This document shows, in pieces, positions 34,225 through 42,773 of a stretch of 56,620 nt of DNA. A model generated the notes under the pieces. The model was not told where the DNA came from. It ran no database searches and saw only the letters and a list, made by a program, of their open reading frames with translations. The DNA comes from a virus (lineage: Duplodnaviria; Caudoviricetes), in IMG/VR virus record IMGVR_UViG_3300036835_000176, positions 1-56,620 of that record. One strand, written 5' to 3'. Made by a program: the position numbers and the translations under genes. The stretch's first letter is position 1, and every line of letters starts with the position of its first letter.

Positions 34225-35256
34225 CTACCGCGTCCGCAGATTCGGCGCATCGGTGTCCATTTCGATCAGGTCGCACATCTCTGCCAGGCGATCCGCCACG
34301 CCCTTGCCGACGCGCTCGATCAATTCCTCTGGCGCGTAATTGGTCGTGATGAACGTCGGTAGGCGATGGTCATAACGATGATTGATGAGCGTAAAGAGCC
34401 GATCAAAGACCCACTCGCTCGGCTTGTCTTTGCCGAGGTCGTCAAGCAAGAGCAGGCGCGTACGCATCATCGTGTCAAAGAGCGCCGCGCGGTCGCTCTC
34501 CGGTTCCGCGCTTGGGCGTAGCGCCTGCATCAACTCGACAGACGGCGTGAAGCGCATCTTGTATGGCGTGCCAGCGTAGAGATAGGCAATCTCGCGCGCC
34601 AGCCCGATTGCGAGGCCCGTCTTTCCAGTGCTATAGCTACCACTCAGCAATAACCCTTGGTGTCCGTCCCATGCGCCCAGAAACTCGCGCACGTCGCTAT
34701 AGGCTTGCAGGTGCTTCGCAGGGTAACTCTCTAGCGTGCGGTCACGCTGGCGCGGCGGGATACGCGCGCCGTCCCACAACTCGCGCACTTGCCGGTTAAG
34801 CCGCTCCTGCGCAATGGCGCGGCCATGTGGGCATGTGCAGGGATCATTGAGTGACCCCATCACGATCCCGCCATCACGGCACGACCAGCAGCCGCCAGGA
34901 TGCGCCGCTTCCCATTCCACGCGCTCGGCTTCTTCCTGCTCGCGCTCGATGCGTTCGCGTTCCCGCTGACGCTCGCGGATACCCGCGATCTTCGCTTGCA
35001 ACTCTTCGGCGTCACCGCGTGTTATCAGCGGTTGCATAGAGCCAGTGGACCGCGACGGCGCTGCCTCGTGTTGGCTGTATTGGCTACGTGGGCGCAGTTG
35101 GCGGATGTTCGCCTTCTGCGCTTCCTCCCAGGTTCCTGCGGCGATTGCGCCAGTTGTCATAGCGTCTTGGCGTCCCGCTGCCTTGTCCTGCGCTATTTGC
35201 TCCCGGCGCGCCAGCAGCGCCCGGTTTGCCCACTCCAGTTCTGTTTGGCTGTCCAT
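34225..35256 (-). CDS. DnaC/IstB-like AAA+ helicase loader
   Basis: CWSC..CTC zinc site, GSYSTGKT, LLLLDDLG, INHRY..TFITTN, DRL.EMC. Confidence 0.88.
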   Translation of the reverse strand: MDSQTELEWANRALLARREQIAQDKAAGRQDAMTTGAIAAGTWEEAQKANIRQLRPRSQYSQHEAAPSRSTGSMQPLITRGDAEELQAKIAGIRERQRERERIEREQEEAERVEWEAAHPGGCWSCRDGGIVMGSLNDPCTCPHGRAIAQERLNRQVRELWDGARIPPRQRDRTLESYPAKHLQAYSDVREFLGAWDGHQGLLLSGSYSTGKTGLAIGLAREIAYLYAGTPYKMRFTPSVELMQALRPSAEPESDRAALFDTMMRTRLLLLDDLGKDKPSEWVFDRLFTLINHRYDHRLPTFITTNYAPEELIERVGKGVADRLAEMCDLIEMDTDAPNLRTR

Positions 35257-36187
35257 TGCTCCCTCCCTCCGACCTGTTGCAAAGCGCTGTGAGATAGTCC
35301 AGCGGCCTGCCGTCTATGTGTTGCGCTGAGGCTGCCATGATGCGTTTCACAAGTAGCGATGCGGTGTGTTTTTTGGCGAGGCTGCCAATGCGCGAGTAGC
35401 TGGCGGTATCTTCCAGGGAAACGTTGATCTTCTCGTTTGCCAGCCGCACTAAGAGCGCCACGCGATCACCATTTGCGGCGTCTTTCACCAGGCGCATCCA
35501 GTAATCCATCTCTGTTTCGCTTGGACTGCGCGGCGGCAACGGGCGAAGCGGTGGCGATCTGCCGTTAGTGCCTGACCCGCTTGGTTCCATTGCTTCAGGC
35601 GCTAAAGGGCTATCAGTCTCAGGCTCAAAAGACACGGGCGCGTCAGCGCCACCGCGTAGCGGTTCTGGCTCTTGCGGTTCGCTCGGCTCGCTCACGTTAG
35701 TGTCTGATTCTGGAGAAGAAAACGTAACCGAAGAAGAAACAGAAACAGAGGCAACGTTTTGCGGCGATGTGCGCTGTTTTGCGCTGATTTGCGCTGATTC
35801 ATCACGAGATGCGCCATTATGCGCGCTTGACGCCGCATTGTTTCTGGTTTGCGCGGTTCCGCGCCGATCTTCTTTGATGTAGGTCTGATAGGCGTAGAAG
35901 CTCTCAGGGAATGCAACTACGGGGCAGCCTTCGCGCGTCCAGACGATCAAGCCAAGGTCGTGCATCGCCTGGAGTGCATCAGCTACCTCATCTGCGCTCT
36001 TATCGCGGCGGCCCGGTATCACCATCATGAGCAGTTCTTCAGGATTGCCGGGTAGCGTGCCGTCATCTTCCGCGTGGGGGATCATCCATGTGTAGAGCAG
36101 CGCAGCGAAGTCACCGTACTGCGTCGCCAGCCGGTTGATCTTCGCATCAAGGCTGATCTTTGTACTGAGATAACGCCGCCTGCTCAT
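35084..36187 (-). CDS. Phage replication initiator protein
   Basis: RRYLS..LLYTWMIPHAEDDG wHTH N-terminus, low-complexity linker, PLDYL C-terminus; upstream of DnaC-like gene. Confidence 0.75.
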   Translation of the reverse strand: MSRRRYLSTKISLDAKINRLATQYGDFAALLYTWMIPHAEDDGTLPGNPEELLMMVIPGRRDKSADEVADALQAMHDLGLIVWTREGCPVVAFPESFYAYQTYIKEDRRGTAQTRNNAASSAHNGASRDESAQISAKQRTSPQNVASVSVSSSVTFSSPESDTNVSEPSEPQEPEPLRGGADAPVSFEPETDSPLAPEAMEPSGSGTNGRSPPLRPLPPRSPSETEMDYWMRLVKDAANGDRVALLVRLANEKINVSLEDTASYSRIGSLAKKHTASLLVKRIMAASAQHIDGRPLDYLTALCNRSEGGSNGQPNRTGVGKPGAAGAPGANSAGQGSGTPRRYDNWRNRRRNLGGSAEGEHPPTAPT

Positions 36188-36936
36188 CGTTCCCACTCCT
36201 GAGGCGTTCGTGCGCCCTTCGCGCTGTTGCATGGACGGCATGCGGCGACGAGATTGTCTATCGTTGCCGTGCCGCCCTTTGCGTGCGGGATAACATGGTC
36301 AAGCGACAACGGAACGCCATTTGCGCCGCAATAGCGACATGTGAAGTTGTCGCGCGCATAGATTTTCCAGCGAAGGTCGTCTGGTATCTGCACTCTAAGC
36401 AGAGAGTCGCGCGCTTCCTGTGGGCGCAGTTTTGCGCGCTGATGGTTTCTGGACTCCTCGGCAAATACCTGATTGATTTCAGCGGGGTCAGTTTGCCAGA
36501 CATGGAAACGGAAGTTGATGCCGATATAGCCGCGCGTAGGATTTATCTCATCACCGCGAATGTGGAACGGCATGTACCAGATGATGCGTAACCGCCGCAA
36601 CGTCTCGCGCGCAGCCATGATGGATGTCATGGCCATATCCATCTCGCGCGCCCACGAGGGAAGGTCAAACGTCGCTCCAATGCCGAGGCTCTCTTGTGAC
36701 TGAAGTGCTATTTGATTCAGCAACGAATACAGGTGTTCGGGCCATTCAATGCCGATAAACGCGTCCGTCATCGGCGCGAAGATGTAATCTGCCCATTCTG
36801 CGTAGGCGATCTCTGCGTCATTATCACCGCATTCGGCTACCCAATCTTCATCTGAGCGCCCGCCCACTGGCCGCCTCCATAGAGAAGTGCGGTGACCGAA
36901 CACCCTCTCCATGCCCTCGATCTCCGCATTTGTCAT
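36184..36936 (-). CDS. HNH endonuclease with N-terminal extension
   Basis: IYARDNFTCRYCG..LDHVIPHAKGG..NLVAACRPCNSAKG. Confidence 0.85.
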   Translation of the reverse strand: MTNAEIEGMERVFGHRTSLWRRPVGGRSDEDWVAECGDNDAEIAYAEWADYIFAPMTDAFIGIEWPEHLYSLLNQIALQSQESLGIGATFDLPSWAREMDMAMTSIMAARETLRRLRIIWYMPFHIRGDEINPTRGYIGINFRFHVWQTDPAEINQVFAEESRNHQRAKLRPQEARDSLLRVQIPDDLRWKIYARDNFTCRYCGANGVPLSLDHVIPHAKGGTATIDNLVAACRPCNSAKGARTPQEWER

Positions 36937-37024
36937 GCTGCCCTCCCTAAGACCCTGCCCGCACCGCGCGGTCAAGCTCCTCGCGCGTGTAGCGCTTGCG
37001 TTTCATGCCTGGTTTGGTCGCCAT

Positions 37025-37825
37025 CTATGCCCCCTCTGGCATTTCGTTCCACTCACGGTCATCGAGCAGTCGCCCGCCGTCTTTTGGTCGCAACCCGCCA
37101 TGCTGTTTGAAGAAAAAGGCAATGCCTGCCGCCTGGCATTGGTCGCGCAATTGCTGCGCCCACTCAACGCGCATGGGCCGATGCTTTGGGCCACTTTCGC
37201 CACCAACAATCACCCATTGCAGCGGAGCGTTCCAGAAGACGCCCGATCCGGCAAGATGGTGGCTCAGGTCTACGGCACCCAATAGCGGCTCACAGGACAG
37301 GAAGCGCACCGCTGCGGGCGTCTCTAGCAGTAGCGGGATACGCACATTCGCCCAATGCTGGTTTTCGACTGAGACGCCGAGCCAGACATTGCGAAGGGGC
37401 ATGAGGAACGCGCCATCCCAGCCAGGGCGCAATCCTTGTGGTACCCATCCATTGTGCGTCAACAGCCATTCGCGCATGCGTTCCGGGCGCTTCGTAAGCA
37501 CCTGGAAAGTGTGCTGCTCGGCCTGCGCCATGACAGAGAAGACTTGCAGGATAAACTCGTCTGGTACCTGCTCGTGAAACAGGTCGCTCATGCTGTTGAC
37601 AAAGATCATGCGTGGCTTACGCCAATGCAGCGGAACCGCCAGGCGCTCAGGATGCAGCACCACATTCTCGGCTTCATTCGCCGGCGTCCAGGGTTGGCGC
37701 GTCCAGCCGTAGCGGTGGCTCAGGCGCTCGGCATAGCAATGCGCGCACCCTGGCGATACTTTGCTGCACCCCGTCACTGGATTCCATGTGGCCTCAGTCC
37801 ATTCAATCGCGCTTTTGTCGGACAT
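37025..37825 (-). CDS. Gp37/Gp68 (DUF5131) family protein
   Basis: IEWT..TWNPVTGCSKVSPGCAHCYAE..FVNSMSDLFH..LTKRP..FLSCEPLL..GGESG. Confidence 0.9.
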   Translation of the reverse strand: MSDKSAIEWTEATWNPVTGCSKVSPGCAHCYAERLSHRYGWTRQPWTPANEAENVVLHPERLAVPLHWRKPRMIFVNSMSDLFHEQVPDEFILQVFSVMAQAEQHTFQVLTKRPERMREWLLTHNGWVPQGLRPGWDGAFLMPLRNVWLGVSVENQHWANVRIPLLLETPAAVRFLSCEPLLGAVDLSHHLAGSGVFWNAPLQWVIVGGESGPKHRPMRVEWAQQLRDQCQAAGIAFFFKQHGGLRPKDGGRLLDDREWNEMPEGA

Positions 37826-37838
37826 GCCCAACTCTCCC

Positions 37839-38390
37839 CTACGCGCTCACCCGCGCGCTCTTCTTCGCCCATGCGCTTGCTGTCGCATACGCCGAGTTGA
37901 TGCGCTGCATCATCGTGGTATCCCCGCCGAGGTCGGGATGACATGCTTTCGCCAGCCCACGGTACGCCGATTGAATCAGCCAGAGCGGCGCGTCATGGGT
38001 GAGGTACAGCGTGGCGAAGGCGTCAACAACCGGTGATGGTACAAATGTGCTACTCGTGTGAGTCTGCGTATCACTCTGATGGCGACTCTCGGACGCGCCA
38101 AAGTCGTCATCCGGCTCTTGCCGCCATGTCGCGCTGTCCATCTCGCGCGCCAGGCGTGGATAGACCATGGCGAGCAGGCGCATGCCTTCGTCGCTGACAA
38201 CCCACCAGCCCGGCGACCGCTTGCGCTCATGCCAGCGCGCCATGCCATCCGGCAATGCCGCCAGTGACTCGGCCATGTCCGCCAGCGCGTCATCCGTGCC
38301 GGTGTAGGTTAGCCGCCACTTTTTGCCCACGCGCTCTAAGCAGATGTTCTCGACACTCTCCCGTACCCGTTCACGTGTCGCTGTCGCCAT
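37839..38390 (-). CDS. Protein with C-terminal J-domain
   Basis: AYRGLAKACHPDLGGD..MQRINSAY. Confidence 0.8.
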   Translation of the reverse strand: MATATRERVRESVENICLERVGKKWRLTYTGTDDALADMAESLAALPDGMARWHERKRSPGWWVVSDEGMRLLAMVYPRLAREMDSATWRQEPDDDFGASESRHQSDTQTHTSSTFVPSPVVDAFATLYLTHDAPLWLIQSAYRGLAKACHPDLGGDTTMMQRINSAYATASAWAKKSARVSA

Positions 38391-38459
38391 GCCGCCACCC
38401 CGTTTGTTTTCGGGGATCGTGTTACTTGGATATCCGCAAGCTCACTGAAGTGAGTCCGC

Positions 38460-38663
38460 TTAGTTCAAAGTAACGCGATCCTGATCCTTGTTCGCGTTCT
38501 CGGCAAGCGGTGGTAGTTTGATACCCTTCTTGCGCGCGAAGTCTAGCAATGCTTCGATACCCATGTCTTGCAGGTTGGTATCGTTTTCAAGCGCCCACTT
38601 CTTGAGCATTTTCTGAGTAGAGCGCGGAAGCCGGACAGCGTACGTCCAGCGATTATCTTCCAT
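38460..38663 (-). CDS. Ribbon-helix-helix DNA-binding protein
   Basis: YAVRLP..KMLKKWA..NLQD..EAL; SD GAAAGGGG. Confidence 0.65.
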   Translation of the reverse strand: MEDNRWTYAVRLPRSTQKMLKKWALENDTNLQDMGIEALLDFARKKGIKLPPLAENANKDQDRVTLN

Positions 38664-38694
38664 GCCCGCCCCCTTTCGTAGTTCTGGTGTAAAT

Positions 38695-38723
38695 AGCATA
38701 ACCCATAAACCTGAGACGGTCAA
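38695..38723 (-). promoter_or_regulatory. Sigma70-type promoter TTGACC-17-TATGCT
   Basis: Near-consensus boxes with 17-bp spacer, upstream of the RHH/replication genes. Confidence 0.65.
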
Positions 38724-38774
38724 GCCCCAATTCCGTCACTGTCACTTTTTGGTGGCTACAAAAGTCACCCGAAG

Positions 38775-40631
38775 TCACCCTACCGCTTCACGCGCGACTT
38801 GCGAGAGACTGAACGCCTCGGCGAAGTCTGGCCGCAACCGTATCGTCCCTAACTCGCATGACGGCGGAAGGGTGCTGGCGTCAATCCAGCGATTGTAGTA
38901 TCCCTTGCTCGCGCGCAGGATCAGCGGCATACCCTTCGCTTCGATCATCCGCGCCGCTATCGCTTGCCGTTCCGCGAGCGTCAACTCATCGCGCCAGAGC
39001 GTTACCGCATCGTGAATGATACTGGCTGCGTTCATGAGCCGCGTCACGTGCTGCTCGACCGTCTGCCCCGCGCCCTCTAGCCGTGAAATCTCTTTGCTAA
39101 TGGCATCGTGGCGCCGATCAAACTCGTCGCGCTCGATCTCCCCCAACGCATAGAGATGGTTGTTCGCCTCGCGCCGGCGGTGCGCCTTCGCCAGCTCGCG
39201 CATCCGTTCGCGTGTATCCGCCTGCCCGTCTGGCCGCCCATCTGTATCCCCATTGCGCGCCAGGGTCACCGCCCGCGCGTGAACGGCTTGCTCCCACGCC
39301 TCCGGTAGCGCCTGCGCGCCAAGCCAGTCCAGCCACGCCGCGCGCACGTCCTCGACCCGCGCCCACTTGCCGCTCTGGCTACACTGGACGCCACGATCAG
39401 CAGCGTCGCACACATAGCGTTCGTAGATGCGCTTGACGCCATCCTTTGCCGTGTCATGGACCGTACGCCGCACGTAAAGGACGCCGCCGCATTCGGCGCA
39501 CACCACAAGCCCGCGAAACTCTGCCGTGTAGGGTTCTGGCCTGAGTCCGGCGCTATGCCCCGTCCAGCCGCGCCGCCGTCCCTCGGCGATCTGCTGTAGC
39601 GCGTGCCATTCTTCCCACGACAGCGCCGCCGCATGTGTCCCCCGGTAGGTTCGCCCCTTGCTCACGACGGTCCCATTTGGATCTCCGATGGTGAACGGGC
39701 GATAGAAGCGGTTGCGCCGGATGACGCTCACCGTCTGGCGCGTCCATACCCGCGCCTCATTGGCCTTCTTTCCGCCGCCCGGTGTGAGCGGCGCGGGCCA
39801 GTGGCCATCCCGATTCATGCGCTCGGCGATCTCGCCATCTGTCAGGCACTCGCGCATCAGCGCATAAAGACACATCAACCCTTCCCACGTCCCGCCAACG
39901 TCCGGCTCCGCGCCCGCCTGCCCTAGCGCCTTCGTCGCGGCGCGCGGGTCGGCGCCCATGCGCTCCAGCGCCGCCTTTACCGCATCCAGGTTCTTGCGAT
40001 AGCCATACGGCACGCGACAGGCGTACAGGCCCTTCATCACGCGCTCGGCTTTGCCGTCCGCTATCGCGCCGCCGCGTTTGCGGTTCTCGCCTTCGGTCAT
40101 GGAGATGATGAAACGTAGCGCCATCCAGCCTGCCGGGGTGTTGGCGTCAAACTTCTCTTGCAGCGACACGAAGCGCACTCCGGCGCGCTCTAACTCTCCC
40201 AACGCCAGCAAGGTCACGATCTCTGAGCGCGAGAACCTATCGAGTTTGTACACGGCTACGATGTCGTACTCACCTGAGAGCGCGGCGCGTAGCATTCGCA
40301 GAAAGACGGTGCGTTTGGCGAGCTTGCGATCTGTCGCGCTCTTGGCTGGCTCGTCAAAATAGTCCACGTCCCACTGCACACCATCGCGCGTCTGCGCCTG
40401 CGCTTCCTGCTCGAAGCTTGTGTGCTGCATGGGAATAGACCAGCCATCGTTTTGCATGGCCGAGCTATAGCGGCAATAGGCGGCGACGCGCAGCGGACGT
40501 TGACGCGCGATGAGCGCTTGCTCACCATCCTGTGCAAGCGCGCTCAGGACCGGGCGTTTGCTCGGCGATGTGGCGAGCGATACCAGCCGGTCTACGATTT
40601 CCTCTGGCGACTCAGATGCTCGGCGCGGCAT
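38775..40631 (-). CDS. Large serine recombinase/integrase (start uncertain)
   Basis: YCRYSS..Q, YKLDRFSR, PYGY, recombinase domain, CAECG..C..C zinc ribbon, coiled coil. Confidence 0.92.
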   Translation of the reverse strand: MPRRASESPEEIVDRLVSLATSPSKRPVLSALAQDGEQALIARQRPLRVAAYCRYSSAMQNDGWSIPMQHTSFEQEAQAQTRDGVQWDVDYFDEPAKSATDRKLAKRTVFLRMLRAALSGEYDIVAVYKLDRFSRSEIVTLLALGELERAGVRFVSLQEKFDANTPAGWMALRFIISMTEGENRKRGGAIADGKAERVMKGLYACRVPYGYRKNLDAVKAALERMGADPRAATKALGQAGAEPDVGGTWEGLMCLYALMRECLTDGEIAERMNRDGHWPAPLTPGGGKKANEARVWTRQTVSVIRRNRFYRPFTIGDPNGTVVSKGRTYRGTHAAALSWEEWHALQQIAEGRRRGWTGHSAGLRPEPYTAEFRGLVVCAECGGVLYVRRTVHDTAKDGVKRIYERYVCDAADRGVQCSQSGKWARVEDVRAAWLDWLGAQALPEAWEQAVHARAVTLARNGDTDGRPDGQADTRERMRELAKAHRRREANNHLYALGEIERDEFDRRHDAISKEISRLEGAGQTVEQHVTRLMNAASIIHDAVTLWRDELTLAERQAIAARMIEAKGMPLILRASKGYYNRWIDASTLPPSCELGTIRLRPDFAEAFSLSQVAREAVG

Positions 40632-40836
40632 AGACGGTACCCGACTTCTTGCCTGACTGCTTGCGGCGCGTGCGCTGTGGCTGTTTCGCCTGCTCTGTCC
40701 GTAGTCCTGCCTGTTCGCGCAAGGCCCGCCGCGCCGCTGCTCTGGCGAGTATCCAGAGTACCGCATCCACGTCTGGCGTGAAACGCATCTCGGCAATTGG
40801 GCTAGCCGCCTTGGTGACTTTCCTGCGTGCGCTCAT
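40612..40836 (-). CDS. Small basic hypothetical protein
   Basis: ATGA-coupled to VRR-NUC; overlaps recombinase start. Confidence 0.5.
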   Translation of the reverse strand: MSARRKVTKAASPIAEMRFTPDVDAVLWILARAAARRALREQAGLRTEQAKQPQRTRRKQSGKKSGTVYAAPSI

Positions 40837-41153
40837 GGGCGCAACACCCGCTCGATTGACTTGAACATGGATGGGCGCCACACCGCGACGTAGACCGTTG
40901 GCGATGCCTCAAAAGCGTCTAGCCATGCCTGCTGCGCTGCTGTGACCTTGCCCCGTTCCGTCTTGAGTTCGACTACCACTAGCTCGCCATCGCGCGCCAT
41001 CACGAGGTCAGGGAACCCCGGCGCGCTGTGCTTGGAATTGTGAGTATGGTAAACGAGCCACTTGTAGCGCCGCGCCAGGTCAATCACCTGTTGCTGGAAC
41101 TGCTTTTCCGTGATCTGCGCGTCAAGGACCGCGCGCGCCGTCAGCGTGGTCAT
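40833..41153 (-). CDS. VRR-NUC domain nuclease
   Basis: EKQFQQQV..YHT..GFPDLV..ELK..Q.AW..WRP. Confidence 0.85.
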   Translation of the reverse strand: MTTLTARAVLDAQITEKQFQQQVIDLARRYKWLVYHTHNSKHSAPGFPDLVMARDGELVVVELKTERGKVTAAQQAWLDAFEASPTVYVAVWRPSMFKSIERVLRP

Positions 41154-41542
41154 GATGCGTTCCCTAGCCGTATCCAGCTATCATCAACGGACGGAGGCGG
41201 CATCTGCCCCGGTAGTCGGATACCGCGCTTGACGTGAGGCAATAGGACAATCAGGCCACGCTTAGACAGTTGGTTCAGATGCCAGGCCACATGCCCACCT
41301 TCCGCAATGCCCACGCCAGACGCTATCTCGCTTTGATGGGGCGCTAGGCCATCGTGCGAGGCCATGTAGCGCGTGATGTAGCGAAATACATCATCCGGCT
41401 TCACTCGCGCCACCTGTGGCGCCTTCATGCTTCCTTTGATGGAACCACGCGGGCGCGAAGAAACGCCCTTGCCCATCCGCTTACCATCCCGTGTGGAATC
41501 TGCTTGTTTCCCTGTCATACCTTCCGCCTTGCGCTCATCCAT
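41150..41542 (-). CDS. LexA-type winged-HTH regulator without peptidase domain (Cro-like position)
   Basis: VFRYI..G.AP..EIA..V.WHL..L.KRGLI..RGIRL. Confidence 0.7.
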   Translation of the reverse strand: MDERKAEGMTGKQADSTRDGKRMGKGVSSRPRGSIKGSMKAPQVARVKPDDVFRYITRYMASHDGLAPHQSEIASGVGIAEGGHVAWHLNQLSKRGLIVLLPHVKRGIRLPGQMPPPSVDDSWIRLGNAS

Positions 41543-41572
41543 CGCGGGCCACGCCCCGATGATTCTCCTTCT

Positions 41573-41631
41573 ATTTTACCACAAACGGTTCTATAGGTGT
41601 AGTTGTCACAGTTCTATAGGCGTGGTAATAT
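41573..41631. promoter_or_regulatory. Divergent promoters with direct-repeat operators
   Basis: Plus: TTGTCA-17-TAATAT (41603..41631); minus: TGGTAAAAT (41573..41581); repeats GTTCTATAGG at 41588 and 41611. Confidence 0.6.
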
Positions 41632-41716
41632 ACAAGGCGATGGGTCTAGTGTTTGTGCCGGAACATCTGTCCTATTCGGCTTTTGCGTGCCAGAAACTAG
41701 AGGAAAGGATTGACCT

Positions 41717-42574
41717 ATGGCCAGCGCGAAACGTACTATGAAGGAGACCATTATCCCGTTTCCCGCACGACCCTCACGGAGCCGCCGGGGTGACATGAGT
41801 AGCGTCCGAAGGAACGGAACAGGGGCGCTTATGAGCAAGCAGCCAAACGAGCATACACAGCACATGGTGAATACCATGCGGTTCTTTAAGGCGCTGTACG
41901 AGCAACGCAAGGAAGAGCGCGGCGATACCTACGATAAAATCGCGGAAGCTGCGACTCTGCTAGCGCAGGGCGATGGATGGGATATCAACATTCCCAAGCC
42001 CTACGTCGCGCGCCTGTGTGGCCAGGGCGATCATTACGTGGTCGAGGCGACCGACTTCTCGTATATGCGCGCCTACTACATCCTGCGCGTGTTCGGCAAG
42101 ACGATGGGCGATCTGGAGCGCGCGATGGAACGCATCAGCGATGAGGCCGTGACAGACGAGCAGTTAGCCGTCAACGCCATACGCCATATCCGCTATCCCG
42201 AAGTGCGGCGCGCCGCGCGCAATCTCGTGGAAGACCTGGCAGGGCTGGACGCTTCGCTGCCACGCCCGCGCACAGCGCCATCCTATCTTGAGCCACTACC
42301 GGGCGCGACACAGGGCGCAAAGCCAGAGCCGCTACCAGCAGATGGCGCGCCGCCCAAGCCTGTCTCTGCTGACCCACTCGGCGATCCGTTGGGCGACATG
42401 GCGGCGCAGAAGTTCGCCGAGGCCGATCAGAGCGAAGCGGAACGCAAGGCGCAAAAGGAAGCCGAGCGCAAAGCCGAGTTAGAGCAGCGCAAGGCGGAAC
42501 TGCGCGACCGTAAGCCGTCAGATAGCGCCAGCGATGACGCGACCGGAACCGAAAGCCCAAACGGCGGCCAGTAG
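41717..42574 (+). CDS. Putative repressor (XRE-like N-terminal helices)
   Basis: RKEERGDTYDKIAE..YVARL; divergent from Cro-like gene. Confidence 0.45.
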   Translation: MASAKRTMKETIIPFPARPSRSRRGDMSSVRRNGTGALMSKQPNEHTQHMVNTMRFFKALYEQRKEERGDTYDKIAEAATLLAQGDGWDINIPKPYVARLCGQGDHYVVEATDFSYMRAYYILRVFGKTMGDLERAMERISDEAVTDEQLAVNAIRHIRYPEVRRAARNLVEDLAGLDASLPRPRTAPSYLEPLPGATQGAKPEPLPADGAPPKPVSADPLGDPLGDMAAQKFAEADQSEAERKAQKEAERKAELEQRKAELRDRKPSDSASDDATGTESPNGGQ

Positions 42575-42578
42575 CAGT

Positions 42579-42638
42579 AACGGCGCCAGCTTGATCCAGC
42601 TACGGTATCATCTTGATTCCATTCAAGCTGGCGCCGTT
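42579..42638. repeat. Perfect 16-bp inverted repeat with 28-nt spacer
   Basis: AACGGCGCCAGCTTGA / TCAAGCTGGCGCCGTT. Confidence 0.9.
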
Positions 42639-42773
42639 TCATAAACCCATCCATAGAGCTTTCGGCAATTCCGACGTATCGTAGCGGTCACAACTCGATC
42701 ACGCCTCTTGCAAGCATCCGTATCCTGTGTTACATTCCTTGACCATACGCGCCATCTTTGATGGAACTGGAGA

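Noticed and set aside
40632-40796. Extended N-terminus of the serine recombinase in the ORF track
   Set aside because: Overlaps the coupled small gene 40612..40836; the later ATG 40631 fits better
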